From NCBI GenBank assembly GCA_963749075.1, contig CAVVLJ010000020.1, positions 1-64,000 on the forward strand: a stretch of 64,000 nt of DNA. The letters are read 5' to 3'. Source of the stretch: an uncultured Pseudomonadota bacterium. GTDB lineage: Bacteria; Pseudomonadota; Alphaproteobacteria; JACZXZ01. Below, in pieces: positions 26,510 through 35,685 of this stretch. The position numbers were made by a program, and so were the translations under genes. Below the pieces are notes generated by a model. That model made no database searches, was not told the origin of the DNA, and was given only the letters and a program-made list of their open reading frames with translations. The number at the start of each line of letters is the position of its first letter. Position 1 is the first letter of the stretch.

Positions 26510-27637
26510 GTGACTCGAATCCTCCTCTTCCGCGACTTCGTCGAGGACCGCCGCGTCAGCATGGAGCGCTGCGCCGACCAGCTCGCGGCGGCGCTGGGCG
26601 AGGTCTTGCCGGAGGGCTGGCAGCTCGCGCAGTTCCGCCCCCATGTGCCGCAGCCGCTCGCCGCCCTGCCGCTCGCGGAACGGCACCGCCTGCGCCTCGC
26701 GCGCTACCTCGGCTATCCTTGCCAGGTGCTGCGCCGCCAGGGCGACATCAACCACGTCCTCGAGCAGGGCTACGGCCACCTGAGCTATGCGCTGCCGCCC
26801 GCGCGCACCGTGGTCACCGTCCACGATCTCATCCCCCTCCTGCGCTGGAAGGGCGCCATCCGGGGTATCGCACCCGGCCGCCGCCCCTGGCTCAGCGAGC
26901 TCTCGTTCAAGGCCTTGCGCCGCGCCGCCCACCTCATCGCCGACAGCGACAACACCCGGCGGGACCTCATCCGGCACATCGGCTGCGACCCCCAGAGGGT
27001 GAGCGTCATCCATCCGGGCCTCGATCCGCGCATGCGCGCTTACCTGCCGGGGGAGAGGGAACGGCTCAGGGCCGGGCTCGGCCTGCCGGGGCCGCCGGTC
27101 CGCCTCGTCCTGATCACCGGCGAGTCCTTCTACAAGAACCAGGAGACCAGCCTCGCGGTCTTGCGCCGGCTCGGCGAGCTCTCGCCGCAGCCCGCCATGC
27201 TGGTGCGCGTCGGCCAGCCGTCGCCCGCCTGGCAGGCGCAGTTGCACGATCAGGGTCTCGCGGACCGCGTGGTGTCGCTCGCCCCGCTGGCGGACGAGCG
27301 CATGGTCGAGCTCTTCAATGCCGTGGACTGCCTCCTCTTCCCCTCCTGGTACGAGGGCTTCGGTCTGCCCCCGCTCGAGGCCATGGCCTGCGGCACGCCG
27401 GTCGTGGCATCGAACGCCGCCTCGCTGCCCGAGGCCATCGGCGAGGCGGCGCCCATGGCCGCCCCCGACGACGTGGGCGGCCTTGCCGGGCTGGTGCGCG
27501 CCGTCCTCGAGGACGCTGGTTTGCGCGCGGCGCAGGTCGCCAAGGGCCTCGCCCGGGCCCGGCGCTTCTCGTGGGGCAAGGCCGCCCGCGAGACGCTCAA
27601 GCTCTACGAGAAGGTTCTCGCGGGCGCTCCCCGATAA
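26510..27637 (+). CDS. Glycosyltransferase family 4 (mannosyltransferase-like)
   Basis: [36 protein letters not shown]. Confidence 0.9.
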   Translation: MTRILLFRDFVEDRRVSMERCADQLAAALGEVLPEGWQLAQFRPHVPQPLAALPLAERHRLRLARYLGYPCQVLRRQGDINHVLEQGYGHLSYALPPARTVVTVHDLIPLLRWKGAIRGIAPGRRPWLSELSFKALRRAAHLIADSDNTRRDLIRHIGCDPQRVSVIHPGLDPRMRAYLPGERERLRAGLGLPGPPVRLVLITGESFYKNQETSLAVLRRLGELSPQPAMLVRVGQPSPAWQAQLHDQGLADRVVSLAPLADERMVELFNAVDCLLFPSWYEGFGLPPLEAMACGTPVVASNAASLPEAIGEAAPMAAPDDVGGLAGLVRAVLEDAGLRAAQVAKGLARARRFSWGKAARETLKLYEKVLAGAPR

Positions 27638-27696
27638 GTGCGCGCAGGCTTGGCCGCGGCTCGACCGTGCGGATGGCGGCTGTTATCGTCGCGGCC

Positions 27697-28863
27697 ATGA
27701 AGATCCTCCACGTCATCCCCTCCCTTGCGCTGGAGACCGGAGGGCCGCCGCGCGCCTGCCTCGGCATGGCGGGCGCCATCGTGGCGCGCGGCCACCAGGC
27801 GACGGTGTTCTCGACCGATCACGGCATGCCGCCCGAGGTCCTCGAGGCGCCTCAGACGGTGGACGGCATCGTGGTGCGCTATTTTCCGCTGCAGCGCCCG
27901 CGCAAGTTCGCCACCTCATGGCCCATGGCGGCGGCCTTGATGCGCGAGACGGGCGCGTACGACGTGGTGCATCTCCACACGCTCCACCGCTTCCAGGACT
28001 GGGCGGTGCTGCGCGCCTGCCGCCGTCACGGCGTGCCTTACGTCCTGATGGCGAACGGCGCGCTCGATCCCTACATCTTCCGCCGCAAGCGCTGCCAGAA
28101 GTACCTCGCCGAGCTCCTCTACCAGGACCGCGTGCGCAAAAATGCCGCCGCCATCCAGTATCTCACCGAGAACGAGCGCACGGCCTCGACGCCGCAGGCG
28201 ATGGGGGCGCCCGGCGTGATCCTGCCGGTCGGCATCGATCCGCGGAAGTATGCCGAGCTGCCGCAGAAGGGCGGCTTCCGCGCGCGGCATCCGGAGTGCG
28301 GCGAGCGGCCGATCGTGCTCTTCCTCGGCCGGCTCCACGAGAAGAAGGGCCTCGACATCCTGGTGCGCGCCTTCGCCGCCTGCCGCGCGCGCGGCCTCGA
28401 CGCCGAGCTCGTCATCGCAGGGCCTGACGAGGGCGTCGGCGCCGCGACCGAGCGGCTGGCCGCCGAAGCCGGCCTCGGCGAGCGCGTGCTTTTCACCGGC
28501 ATGATCAGCGAGGCGGAGAAGATGATGCTCTTGGCCGACGCCAACGTCTTCGCGCTCACCTCGCACAGCGAGAATTTCGGGCTCACCCTCATCGAGGCAA
28601 TGGCGTGCGGGCTCCCCATCCTCGTCTCGGACCACGTCGATCTCTGGCAGGAGGTGGCGGCGGCGCGGAGCGGGCGGGTGACGACGGTCGATGTGGCGGC
28701 CGTGACGGAGGCGCTCGAGGCGCTTTTGCGCGATCCCGTCGAGCGCCGGGCCATGGGCGAGCGCGGCAAGCGGCTGGTCGCCGAGCGCTTCGTCTGGCCG
28801 CGCATCGGCGAAGCGCTCGAGCGGCTCTATATCGAGGTGGCGGCGAAGCGTCCCGTCGCCTGA
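27697..28863 (+). CDS. Glycosyltransferase family 4
   Basis: MKILHVIPS..GG, LFLGRLHEKKG, SHSENFGLTLIEAMACGLP. Confidence 0.9.
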   Translation: MKILHVIPSLALETGGPPRACLGMAGAIVARGHQATVFSTDHGMPPEVLEAPQTVDGIVVRYFPLQRPRKFATSWPMAAALMRETGAYDVVHLHTLHRFQDWAVLRACRRHGVPYVLMANGALDPYIFRRKRCQKYLAELLYQDRVRKNAAAIQYLTENERTASTPQAMGAPGVILPVGIDPRKYAELPQKGGFRARHPECGERPIVLFLGRLHEKKGLDILVRAFAACRARGLDAELVIAGPDEGVGAATERLAAEAGLGERVLFTGMISEAEKMMLLADANVFALTSHSENFGLTLIEAMACGLPILVSDHVDLWQEVAAARSGRVTTVDVAAVTEALEALLRDPVERRAMGERGKRLVAERFVWPRIGEALERLYIEVAAKRPVA

Positions 28864-28889
28864 CGCCGGCCTTCGGCGCTTCGCGCCTA

Positions 28890-28990
28890 CCCCCCACCCC
28901 AACCCTCCCCCTCAAGGGGGGAGGGGGATGCCATCGTTGCCATGCCATGCACTTCCCCTCCCCCCTTGAGGGGGAGGGTAGGGTGGGGGG
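28890..28990. repeat. Alphaproteobacterial REP-like doublet (inverted pair) between convergent genes
   Basis: CCCCCACCCCAACCCTCCCCCTCAAGGGGGGAGGGG ... CCCCTCCCCCCTTGAGGGGGAGGGTAGGGTGGGGGG form a long inverted repeat; probably also acts as a bidirectional terminator. Confidence 0.85.
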
Positions 28991-29019
28991 TCGATCACGT
29001 GTCCAGGAATGGCTTAGGC

Positions 29020-30771
29020 TCAGCGCCGCCGGCTTACGATGAAGTCGCCGAGCACGAGCATGTCCATGTCCGTGCGCAGGAAGCAGTCGATCGCCTCGGC
29101 GGGCTTGCACACCACCGGCTCGTTCTCGTTGAAGGAGGTGTTGAGGAGCATCGGCACGCCCGTCATGGCGCCGAAGGTGGCGATGAGGCGATGGTAGCGC
29201 GGGTTGGCCTCGGCGCGCACGGTCTGCAGGCGCCCGGAGCCGTCGACGTGGGTCACCGCCGGGATGAGCGGGCGGCGCTCGGGACGGATCTGGAAGACCT
29301 GCATCATGAAGGGCACCTCGTCGTCGGTCTCGAACCACTCGGCGACCGCTTCCCTGACGATCGAGGGGGCAAAGGGACGGAAGGATTCGCGCCGCTTGAT
29401 CTTGGAATTGAGGATGTCCTTCATGTCGGCGCGCCGCGGGTCGCAGAGGATCGAGCGGTTGCCGAGCGCCCGCGGGCCCCACTCCATGCGGCCCTGGAAC
29501 CAGCCCACCACCTTGCCTTGGGCGATCGCTTGGGCGGTCTCGCGGCAGAGCTCGGACTCGCTTTCCTCCGTGGCGACGACGCAGCCTTTCTCCAGGAGAT
29601 CCGCCTCGCGCGCGTGGAGCGCCTCCGCCAATTCGCCGTGCTCGAAGTGCGGGCCCCAATAGGCGTGGTCCATGACGAAGCGGCCGGCCGCCCCATCGCT
29701 CTCCGCCGCGGCTATGAGTGCCGCCCCGATGGCGCCGCCCGCGTCCCCGGCCGCTGCCTGGATATAGGCGCGCTTGAAGGGCGTCTGAGCGTAGATGCGG
29801 CCGTTGGCGACCGAGTTGAAGCCGCAGCCGCCGGCGATCGCGATGGCGTCGGTGCCGTGGCGGGCGTGGAGCTTGCGGTAGAGATGGAAGACCGCCTCCT
29901 CGAACATCGCCTGCACCGAGCGGGCGACGTCGTGGTGACGTTTCTCCAGGGGGGCGGCCGGCTCGCGCGCCGGGCCGAGGAGGGCCTCGAGCGCCGGCGT
30001 ATAGAGCTTCCCCACCGTGGGAGCGCCGCCGCGCCACTCGTAGGCGACGTTCTCCTTGTGGTGGCGGAAGTAATCGAGCGCCAGGCGGAAGCCGCCGTCG
30101 TCTTCGAGGAGGACGAGCTTGCGCATCTCCTTGAGGAAGCGCGGCTCGCCGTAGGGAGCGAGGCCCATCACCTTGTACTCGTCGCCGTAATGGGGAAAGC
30201 CGAGATACTGGGTGAGCGCCTCGTAGAAGATGCCGAGCGAGTGGGGAAAGCGCACGCGACCCTGGACCGCGACGCGGCTGCCGCGTCCGACGCCCCAGGC
30301 CGCACTCGAGAAGTCGCCGAAGCCGTCGACCGAGACCACCACCGCCTCCTCGAAGGGCGAGACGAGGAAGGCGGAGGCGAGGTGCGCCAGATGGTGCTCC
30401 ACGTGGCGCACCGGTGCCTTGAGCGGGTCTTTGGGAAAGGCCTCGGCAAAGGCCGCCTCGACGCCCGCCCACTTTCGCGCGTTCTTGAGCCGCGAGAGGA
30501 CGAGGGCGGCGCTCGGGCGCTTCATCAGGCTGTAGGCGACCTTGTGCCAGAGGTTGGCGCGCGGGTCGCGGTTGATCGCCACCTGCGAGAGGTCGGCGAG
30601 CGAGGCGCGTCCCTCCTTGAGGCAGTAGCGGATCGCCTCGCTCGGGAAGCCCGCCCAGTGCTTGATGCGGCGGAAGCGCTCCTCCTCGGCCGCGGCGACG
30701 AGCTTGCCGTCGCGCAAGAGGCAGGCGGAGCTGTCGCCGTGATAGGCGTTGAGGCCAAGCACGAGCGTCAT
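29020..30771 (-). CDS. O-carbamoyltransferase (NodU/CmcH/TobZ family)
   Basis: LGLNAYHGDSSA, EEERFRRIKH, EHHLAH, EYKVMGLAPYG, GRMEWGPRALGNRSIL, KRRESFRPFAP, LNTSFN. Confidence 0.94.
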   Translation of the reverse strand: MTLVLGLNAYHGDSSACLLRDGKLVAAAEEERFRRIKHWAGFPSEAIRYCLKEGRASLADLSQVAINRDPRANLWHKVAYSLMKRPSAALVLSRLKNARKWAGVEAAFAEAFPKDPLKAPVRHVEHHLAHLASAFLVSPFEEAVVVSVDGFGDFSSAAWGVGRGSRVAVQGRVRFPHSLGIFYEALTQYLGFPHYGDEYKVMGLAPYGEPRFLKEMRKLVLLEDDGGFRLALDYFRHHKENVAYEWRGGAPTVGKLYTPALEALLGPAREPAAPLEKRHHDVARSVQAMFEEAVFHLYRKLHARHGTDAIAIAGGCGFNSVANGRIYAQTPFKRAYIQAAAGDAGGAIGAALIAAAESDGAAGRFVMDHAYWGPHFEHGELAEALHAREADLLEKGCVVATEESESELCRETAQAIAQGKVVGWFQGRMEWGPRALGNRSILCDPRRADMKDILNSKIKRRESFRPFAPSIVREAVAEWFETDDEVPFMMQVFQIRPERRPLIPAVTHVDGSGRLQTVRAEANPRYHRLIATFGAMTGVPMLLNTSFNENEPVVCKPAEAIDCFLRTDMDMLVLGDFIVSRRR

Positions 30772-30877
30772 GGTGCGGTCACCGGGATGCTCTCCTCGAG
30801 GGGCGGACGCAGCCGCTACCATATCGGGGCCGCCTGCCGCGGGCAACGCGCGGGCGCGGCAGAGTGATCGCTTTTGG

Positions 30878-31015
30878 CGCCGAACGGATTTCCTCATCCT
30901 TCGAGACGGGCCTTCGGCCCTCCTCAGGATGAGGAAATCCCCCATCCGTCGGGGTCGCCTCACCCTGAGGAGCTCGCGAAGCGAGCGTCTCGAAGGGCGA
31001 GGCGACCATATGCGA
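30878..31015 (-). repeat. 138-bp palindromic mosaic element, copy 2 (inverted relative to copy 1)
   Basis: Aligns end to end with the reverse complement of 26322-26459, with scattered substitutions. Confidence 0.88.
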
Positions 31016-31093
31016 GCTTGGGGCGCGCCCGGCCCGCCTTGTCGCGCTCCGGCCGCCTCTTTATGGTAGCGCCGCCGCAAGAGGGGCAGCCGT

Positions 31094-32311
31094 ATGCGCA
31101 TCCTCGTCCACGACTATTCGGGCCATGCCTTCCAGGTGCAGCTGAGCCGCGCGCTCGCGCGCCGCGGCCATGAGGTGCTGCATCTTTCCGCCAGCTTCTT
31201 CCAGTCGCCCAAGGGCCGCCTCGCCCTCTCGCCCGACGATCCGCCCGGCCTCGCGATTGAGGGCATCGAGCTCGGCGAGCCCTTCGCCAAGTACCGCTTT
31301 CTCATGCGCCGCGCCCAGGAGCAGGCCTATGGCGCGCTCCTCGCCGGCCGCGCCGCGCTCTTCCGGCCCGAGCTCGTGCTCTGCGGCAATACGCCGATCG
31401 ATCCACTCGCCGCCTTGCAGGCTTGGTGCCGCCCTCGCGGCATCCCCTTCGTCTTCTGGGTGCAGGACCTCTACAGCCTCGCCATCGACCGCATCATGCG
31501 CCGCAGGCTCGGGCCGCTCGGTGCTGCGATCGGGGCCTATTACCTGCGCCAAGAGCGGGCGGTGGCGCGGGCGAGCGACGCGGTGGTGATGATCACCGAG
31601 GACTTCCGCCCCACCCTCGAGGCCTGGGGTGCAGCGCCCGAGCGCCTCTTCACCATCGAGAACTGGGCGCCCTTCGCCGAGCTGCCGGCGGCCGGGCGCG
31701 ACAATGCCTGGCAGAACGAGCAAGGCCTCGCCGGGAAACGCGTCCTTCTCTATTCGGGCACTCTCGGGCTCAAGCACAACCCCGCCCTCCTCGCTGCCCT
31801 GGCCGAGCGCTTCCGCGGGGACGGGCGGACCGCGGTCGTCGTCGTCTCGGAGGGGCTCGGCGCCGATTGGCTCGCGGCCGAGAAGGCGGTGCTGAAGCTC
31901 GACAACCTGCATCTCCTGCCGTACCAGCCTTTCGAGCGCTTTGCCGAGGTGATCGCCGCGGGCGACGTGCTGGTCGCGGTCCTCGAGCCCGACGCGGGCG
32001 TCTTCTCGGTGCCGAGCAAGGTGCTGAGCTACTTCTGCGCCGGACGCGCCATCCTCGCCGCCATTCCGCGGGCCAATCTCGCGGCCCGGCTCATCGAGCG
32101 CAACGAGGCCGGCCTGGTGGTCGAGCCGGGCGACGAGGCGGGCTTCCTGGCCGCGGCGGAGCGGCTCATGGGCGACGCGGCGCTGCGCGCGCGCATGGGC
32201 AAGAACGCCCTGGACTATGCCCGGCAGACCTTCGATATTGAGGCCATTGTCGCGGCCTTCGAGACCGTGTTCCGGAAGGCGCTCAAGCTGGCTGAGGCCG
32301 GGCATGACTGA
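31094..32311 (+). CDS. Glycosyltransferase family 4 (WcaI-like)
   Basis: FWVQDLY, IENWA, LYSGTLGLKHNP, SVPSKVLSY. Confidence 0.9.
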   Translation: MRILVHDYSGHAFQVQLSRALARRGHEVLHLSASFFQSPKGRLALSPDDPPGLAIEGIELGEPFAKYRFLMRRAQEQAYGALLAGRAALFRPELVLCGNTPIDPLAALQAWCRPRGIPFVFWVQDLYSLAIDRIMRRRLGPLGAAIGAYYLRQERAVARASDAVVMITEDFRPTLEAWGAAPERLFTIENWAPFAELPAAGRDNAWQNEQGLAGKRVLLYSGTLGLKHNPALLAALAERFRGDGRTAVVVVSEGLGADWLAAEKAVLKLDNLHLLPYQPFERFAEVIAAGDVLVAVLEPDAGVFSVPSKVLSYFCAGRAILAAIPRANLAARLIERNEAGLVVEPGDEAGFLAAAERLMGDAALRARMGKNALDYARQTFDIEAIVAAFETVFRKALKLAEAGHD

Positions 32312-33317
32312 GGATCGGCTCACCGTCGTGACGGGTGCCGGCGGCTTCATCGGCGGGTATCTCATGGCCGAGCTCGTGCGCCAAGGCCGGCACCGCCTGC
32401 GCGCGATCGACGTGAAGCCGGTCGCCGAGTGGTTCCAGCGCTTCCCCGAGGCCGACAACCGCGAGCTCGACCTCCAGGACAGGGCGGCCTGCCGCGAGGC
32501 GGCGGAGGGCGCCGAGTGCATCTACAACCTCGCGGCCGACATGGGCGGCATGGGCTTCATCGAGAGCCACAAGGCGCTCTGCATGCTCTCGGTCCTCATC
32601 AATACCCATATGCTGATGGCGGCCAGGGAGGCCGGCTGCCGCCGCTTCTTCTTCGCCTCCTCGGCCTGCGTCTATGCCGCGGAGAAGCAGACCTCGGCCG
32701 AGGTCACGGCGCTTAAGGAAAGCGACGCCTATCCCGCCATGCCCGAGGACGGCTACGGCTGGGAGAAGCTCTTCAGCGAGCGCATGTGCCGCCACTTCAG
32801 CGAGGATTTCGGCTTGGACACGCGCATCGCGCGCTTCCACAACGTCTATGGCCCGCTCGGCACCTACGACGGCGGGCGCGAGAAGGCGCCGGCCGCGGTG
32901 TGCCGCAAGGTGAGCGAGGCCAAGCTGTCCGGCCGGCACGAGATCGAGATCTGGGGCGACGGCGAGCAGACGCGCAGCTTCACCTACATCGACGATTGCA
33001 TCGCCGGCATGGGGCTCATCATGGACAACCCCGTGCCCGAGCCGATCAATCTCGGCTCGAGCGAGCTCGTGACCATCAACCGCCTCGTCGACATCGTCGA
33101 GCGCATCGCGGGCGTCAAGCTCGAGCGCCGCTACAAGCTCGAGGCGCCCTTGGGCGTGCGCGGGCGCAACAGCGACAACGCCCTGATCAAGAAGTACCTC
33201 GGCTGGGAGCCGCGCACGCGGCTCGAGGACGGCCTCGAGCGCACCTTCCGCTGGATCCACGATCAGCTTGCGAGCGGGGAGAGCAGCGCCGGCGGCGCCC
33301 GCTTCTGCCGCGCATGA
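32304..33317 (+). CDS. GDP-mannose 3',5'-epimerase-like extended SDR
   Basis: TGAGGFIG, YNLAADMGGMGFI, SSACVY, YGWEKL, RFHNVYGP.GT..GGREKAPAAVCRK, motifs typical of the GME subgroup. Confidence 0.85.
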   Translation: MTEDRLTVVTGAGGFIGGYLMAELVRQGRHRLRAIDVKPVAEWFQRFPEADNRELDLQDRAACREAAEGAECIYNLAADMGGMGFIESHKALCMLSVLINTHMLMAAREAGCRRFFFASSACVYAAEKQTSAEVTALKESDAYPAMPEDGYGWEKLFSERMCRHFSEDFGLDTRIARFHNVYGPLGTYDGGREKAPAAVCRKVSEAKLSGRHEIEIWGDGEQTRSFTYIDDCIAGMGLIMDNPVPEPINLGSSELVTINRLVDIVERIAGVKLERRYKLEAPLGVRGRNSDNALIKKYLGWEPRTRLEDGLERTFRWIHDQLASGESSAGGARFCRA

Positions 33318-34777
33318 CGGAGCGCCCGGCGCTCGGCAAGCGTGTCGAGGCGCTCGCTCGCACCGAGGTGCTCTGCCTCGGCGATGCCATCCTCGACCGC
33401 TACGTCTACGGCACGGTCGACCGCGTCTCGCCCGAGGCGCCCATTCCCATCCTCCGCATCGCGCACGAGCGCACCATGCCGGGCGGTGCCGGCAACGTGG
33501 TGCGCAATCTCGCCGCCCTCGGCGCGCGCGGGCATTTCCTCTCGATCATCGGCGCCGATGCGGCCGGTCGCGAGCTCGCCGCCCTCCTCGCCGCGGTGGA
33601 CGGCGTCGAGCTGCGGCTCGTGGTCGAGGAGGGCCGCGAGACCAGCGTCAAGACCCGCTTCGTCGCCGGCACGCAGCAGCTCCTGCGCACCGACCGCGAG
33701 AGCATCGCCCCGATCTCGGCCGCAAGCGAGACCGCACTCCTGGCCGCCCTCGCGGAAGCCGGCCCGGAGGCGCCGGTCCTGGTGCTCTCGGACTACGGCA
33801 AGGGCGTGCTCAGCGACCGCGTGCTGGAGGACGCCATCCGCACCTCGCGCGAGATAGGGCGGCGCGTCATCGTCGATCCCAAGCGCCCCGACTACGCCGC
33901 CTATCGCGGCGCCGACCTGGTGACGCCGAACCGCGCCGAGCTCGCGGCCGCCACCCGCATGGCGGTCGCGAGCGACGACGAGATCGTCGCCGCGGCCAAG
34001 GCGCTCATCGATGCTTGCGGCTTCGCGGCCGTGCTGGCGACGCGCGGGTCCGCCGGCATGACGCTCGTCACGCGCGAGGGCAAGGCCGATCACTTGGCCG
34101 CCGCGGCGCGCGAGGTGTTCGACGTCTCGGGCGCCGGCGACACGGTGGTGGCGACGATGGCGGCAGCGCTCGCCGCCGGGCTGCCGCTCGTCGAAGCCGC
34201 CGCCCTCGCCAATGCCGCGGCGGGCATCGTCGTGGGCAAGGCCGGCACGGCGGTGGCCCACGCCCAGGAGCTGAGAGCAGCCCTCGAGAGCCGCTCGCCC
34301 GCGGGCACCGAGACGAAGATCGCAGCCCTCCCGGAGGCGCTCGAGCGCATCGAGGCCTGGCGCCGCCAGGGCCTCCGGATCGGCTTCACCAACGGCTGCT
34401 TCGACCTCCTCCATCCCGGCCACGTGGCGCTGCTCTCGCAAGCGCGCGCGGCCTCCGGCCGCCTCGTCGTCGGGCTCAACGGCGACGCCTCGGTGGCGCG
34501 CCTCAAGGGTGCCGGCCGGCCGGTGCAGGACGAACGCGCGCGCGCCCTCGTGCTCGCCTCGCTCGCCAGCGTCGATCTCGTGGTCGCCTTCGCCGAGGAC
34601 ACGCCCTTGCGCCTGATTGAGGCCGTGCGGCCCGACGTGCTGGTCAAGGGTGCCGACTACACGCTCTCGACCGTGGTCGGCGCCGAGCTCGTGCAAGGCT
34701 ACGGCGGCAAGGTGCTCCTGGCCGAGCTCACGCCCGGCCACAGCACCACTGCGACGATTCTGCGCGCGGGGCGCTAA
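33314..34777 (+). CDS. hldE: Bifunctional heptose-7-phosphate kinase / heptose-1-phosphate adenylyltransferase
   Basis: RVSPEAPIP, GGAGNV, SDYGKG, VFDVSGAGDTV; FTNGCFDLLHPGH, LVKGADY. Confidence 0.95.
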   Translation: MTERPALGKRVEALARTEVLCLGDAILDRYVYGTVDRVSPEAPIPILRIAHERTMPGGAGNVVRNLAALGARGHFLSIIGADAAGRELAALLAAVDGVELRLVVEEGRETSVKTRFVAGTQQLLRTDRESIAPISAASETALLAALAEAGPEAPVLVLSDYGKGVLSDRVLEDAIRTSREIGRRVIVDPKRPDYAAYRGADLVTPNRAELAAATRMAVASDDEIVAAAKALIDACGFAAVLATRGSAGMTLVTREGKADHLAAAAREVFDVSGAGDTVVATMAAALAAGLPLVEAAALANAAAGIVVGKAGTAVAHAQELRAALESRSPAGTETKIAALPEALERIEAWRRQGLRIGFTNGCFDLLHPGHVALLSQARAASGRLVVGLNGDASVARLKGAGRPVQDERARALVLASLASVDLVVAFAEDTPLRLIEAVRPDVLVKGADYTLSTVVGAELVQGYGGKVLLAELTPGHSTTATILRAGR

Positions 34778-35217
34778 AGCTCTGCTTCTGGGTCGAGGAC
34801 GCGCTGGAGGCGCAGGCTCGCGGCCATGGCGAAGCGGAGTAAGAGGGCGCGGCGGCGCGCACCGCTCATGGCCGGCAAGGCAGGCGAGGGCCTGAGCACG
34901 ACACCCTGATAGGCGTCCGCGACGATGAGGCCGGAGGCCGCCGGAATGAGCGGGCGGGGAAAGCCCTCCGGCACGGCGAAATAGAAGCTGTCGCAAAAGG
35001 GCAGGTATTCCGGCCATTTGCGGTCGGCGCGGAAGTCGGCCTCCGAGGTCTTGATCTCGACGATCGCCACCTCGCCCGAGCCGTTCACGCCGATCACGTC
35101 GGCGCGCCGGCCGGTCAGCAGCGTGAACTCGGTGAGGGCGCCATAGCCGAGCCCGGCCAGCGTGCGGCAGACGCCGCGCGCCAGCCTGACCCCCTCCGGC
35201 ACCTCCAAGATCGTCAT
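34774..35217 (-). CDS. mmcB: MmcB family DNA repair endonuclease
   Basis: ARGVCR, GRRADV, IVEIKTS.ADFRAD.KWPEY..FCD.FYFAV, GLIVADAY. Confidence 0.9.
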   Translation of the reverse strand: MTILEVPEGVRLARGVCRTLAGLGYGALTEFTLLTGRRADVIGVNGSGEVAIVEIKTSEADFRADRKWPEYLPFCDSFYFAVPEGFPRPLIPAASGLIVADAYQGVVLRPSPALPAMSGARRRALLLRFAMAASLRLQRVLDPEAEL

Positions 35218-35252
35218 CGCTCGCCGTCCCCGGGGAAGGTTTTCACGGGCGT

Positions 35253-35267
35253 GATCATAACGGGAAC
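35253..35267 (-). promoter_or_regulatory. Putative alphaproteobacterial LexA (SOS) box upstream of mmcB
   Basis: Minus strand GTTC-ccgttat-GATC versus GTTC-N7-GTTC (1 mismatch), about 36 nt before the start codon. Confidence 0.5.
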
Positions 35268-35409
35268 GGCAGGATCGGAAAAGGCGCTCCGCGGGCGTCG
35301 AGCGAAACCGAGGCGGCGTCCATTTTCGCGCGAACGCCCTACTTCCGCCAAAGTTCCGTGGCATTTCTTTGACCATAGGCGTCACACCCGGGCCCTCGTC
35401 CGGTGCCTT

Positions 35410-35441
35410 GAGCCCCGCCCCGGCGGGGCTCTTCTCGTTTT
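35410..35441 (+). terminator. Rho-independent terminator with no upstream plus-strand CDS
   Basis: GAGCCCCGC-cccg-GCGGGGCTC followed by TTCTCGTTTT. Confidence 0.65.
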
Positions 35442-35685
35442 GGCGGGCGGTATCGAGGCGCAGGGCCGCACTCTTTCGCCCGTACCATTTGGTCAGCCGG
35501 CCGGGTGCCAAGGTGCTGGGACGGCAGGGAGGTAGCGGCGAGCTCGCGGTTGTGTGGGACCATAAAATCGGCTCGCGAGCGCCGCAGGGCGAGTGGAGTT
35601 CGCCCGTAAAATCAGCAAGCTAAGGAGATTGTCGCCGCCATCGTGCGATGCGCGGGCCGCTCCTTGAAAGTCCTGAGAGGTAGCC

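Noticed and set aside
26322-31015. Repeats as a CRISPR array or transposon terminal inverted repeats
   Set aside because: Only two copies, no spacers or cas genes, no transposase or target-site duplication seen; they match a dispersed palindromic element type.
23486-31101. Long N-terminal extensions of the GT and carbamoyltransferase ORFs (942, 790 and 693 aa) suggesting fusions
   Set aside because: The extensions are off-frame overlaps of neighbouring genes or read through repeats; family motifs begin at 24730, 27697 and 30771.
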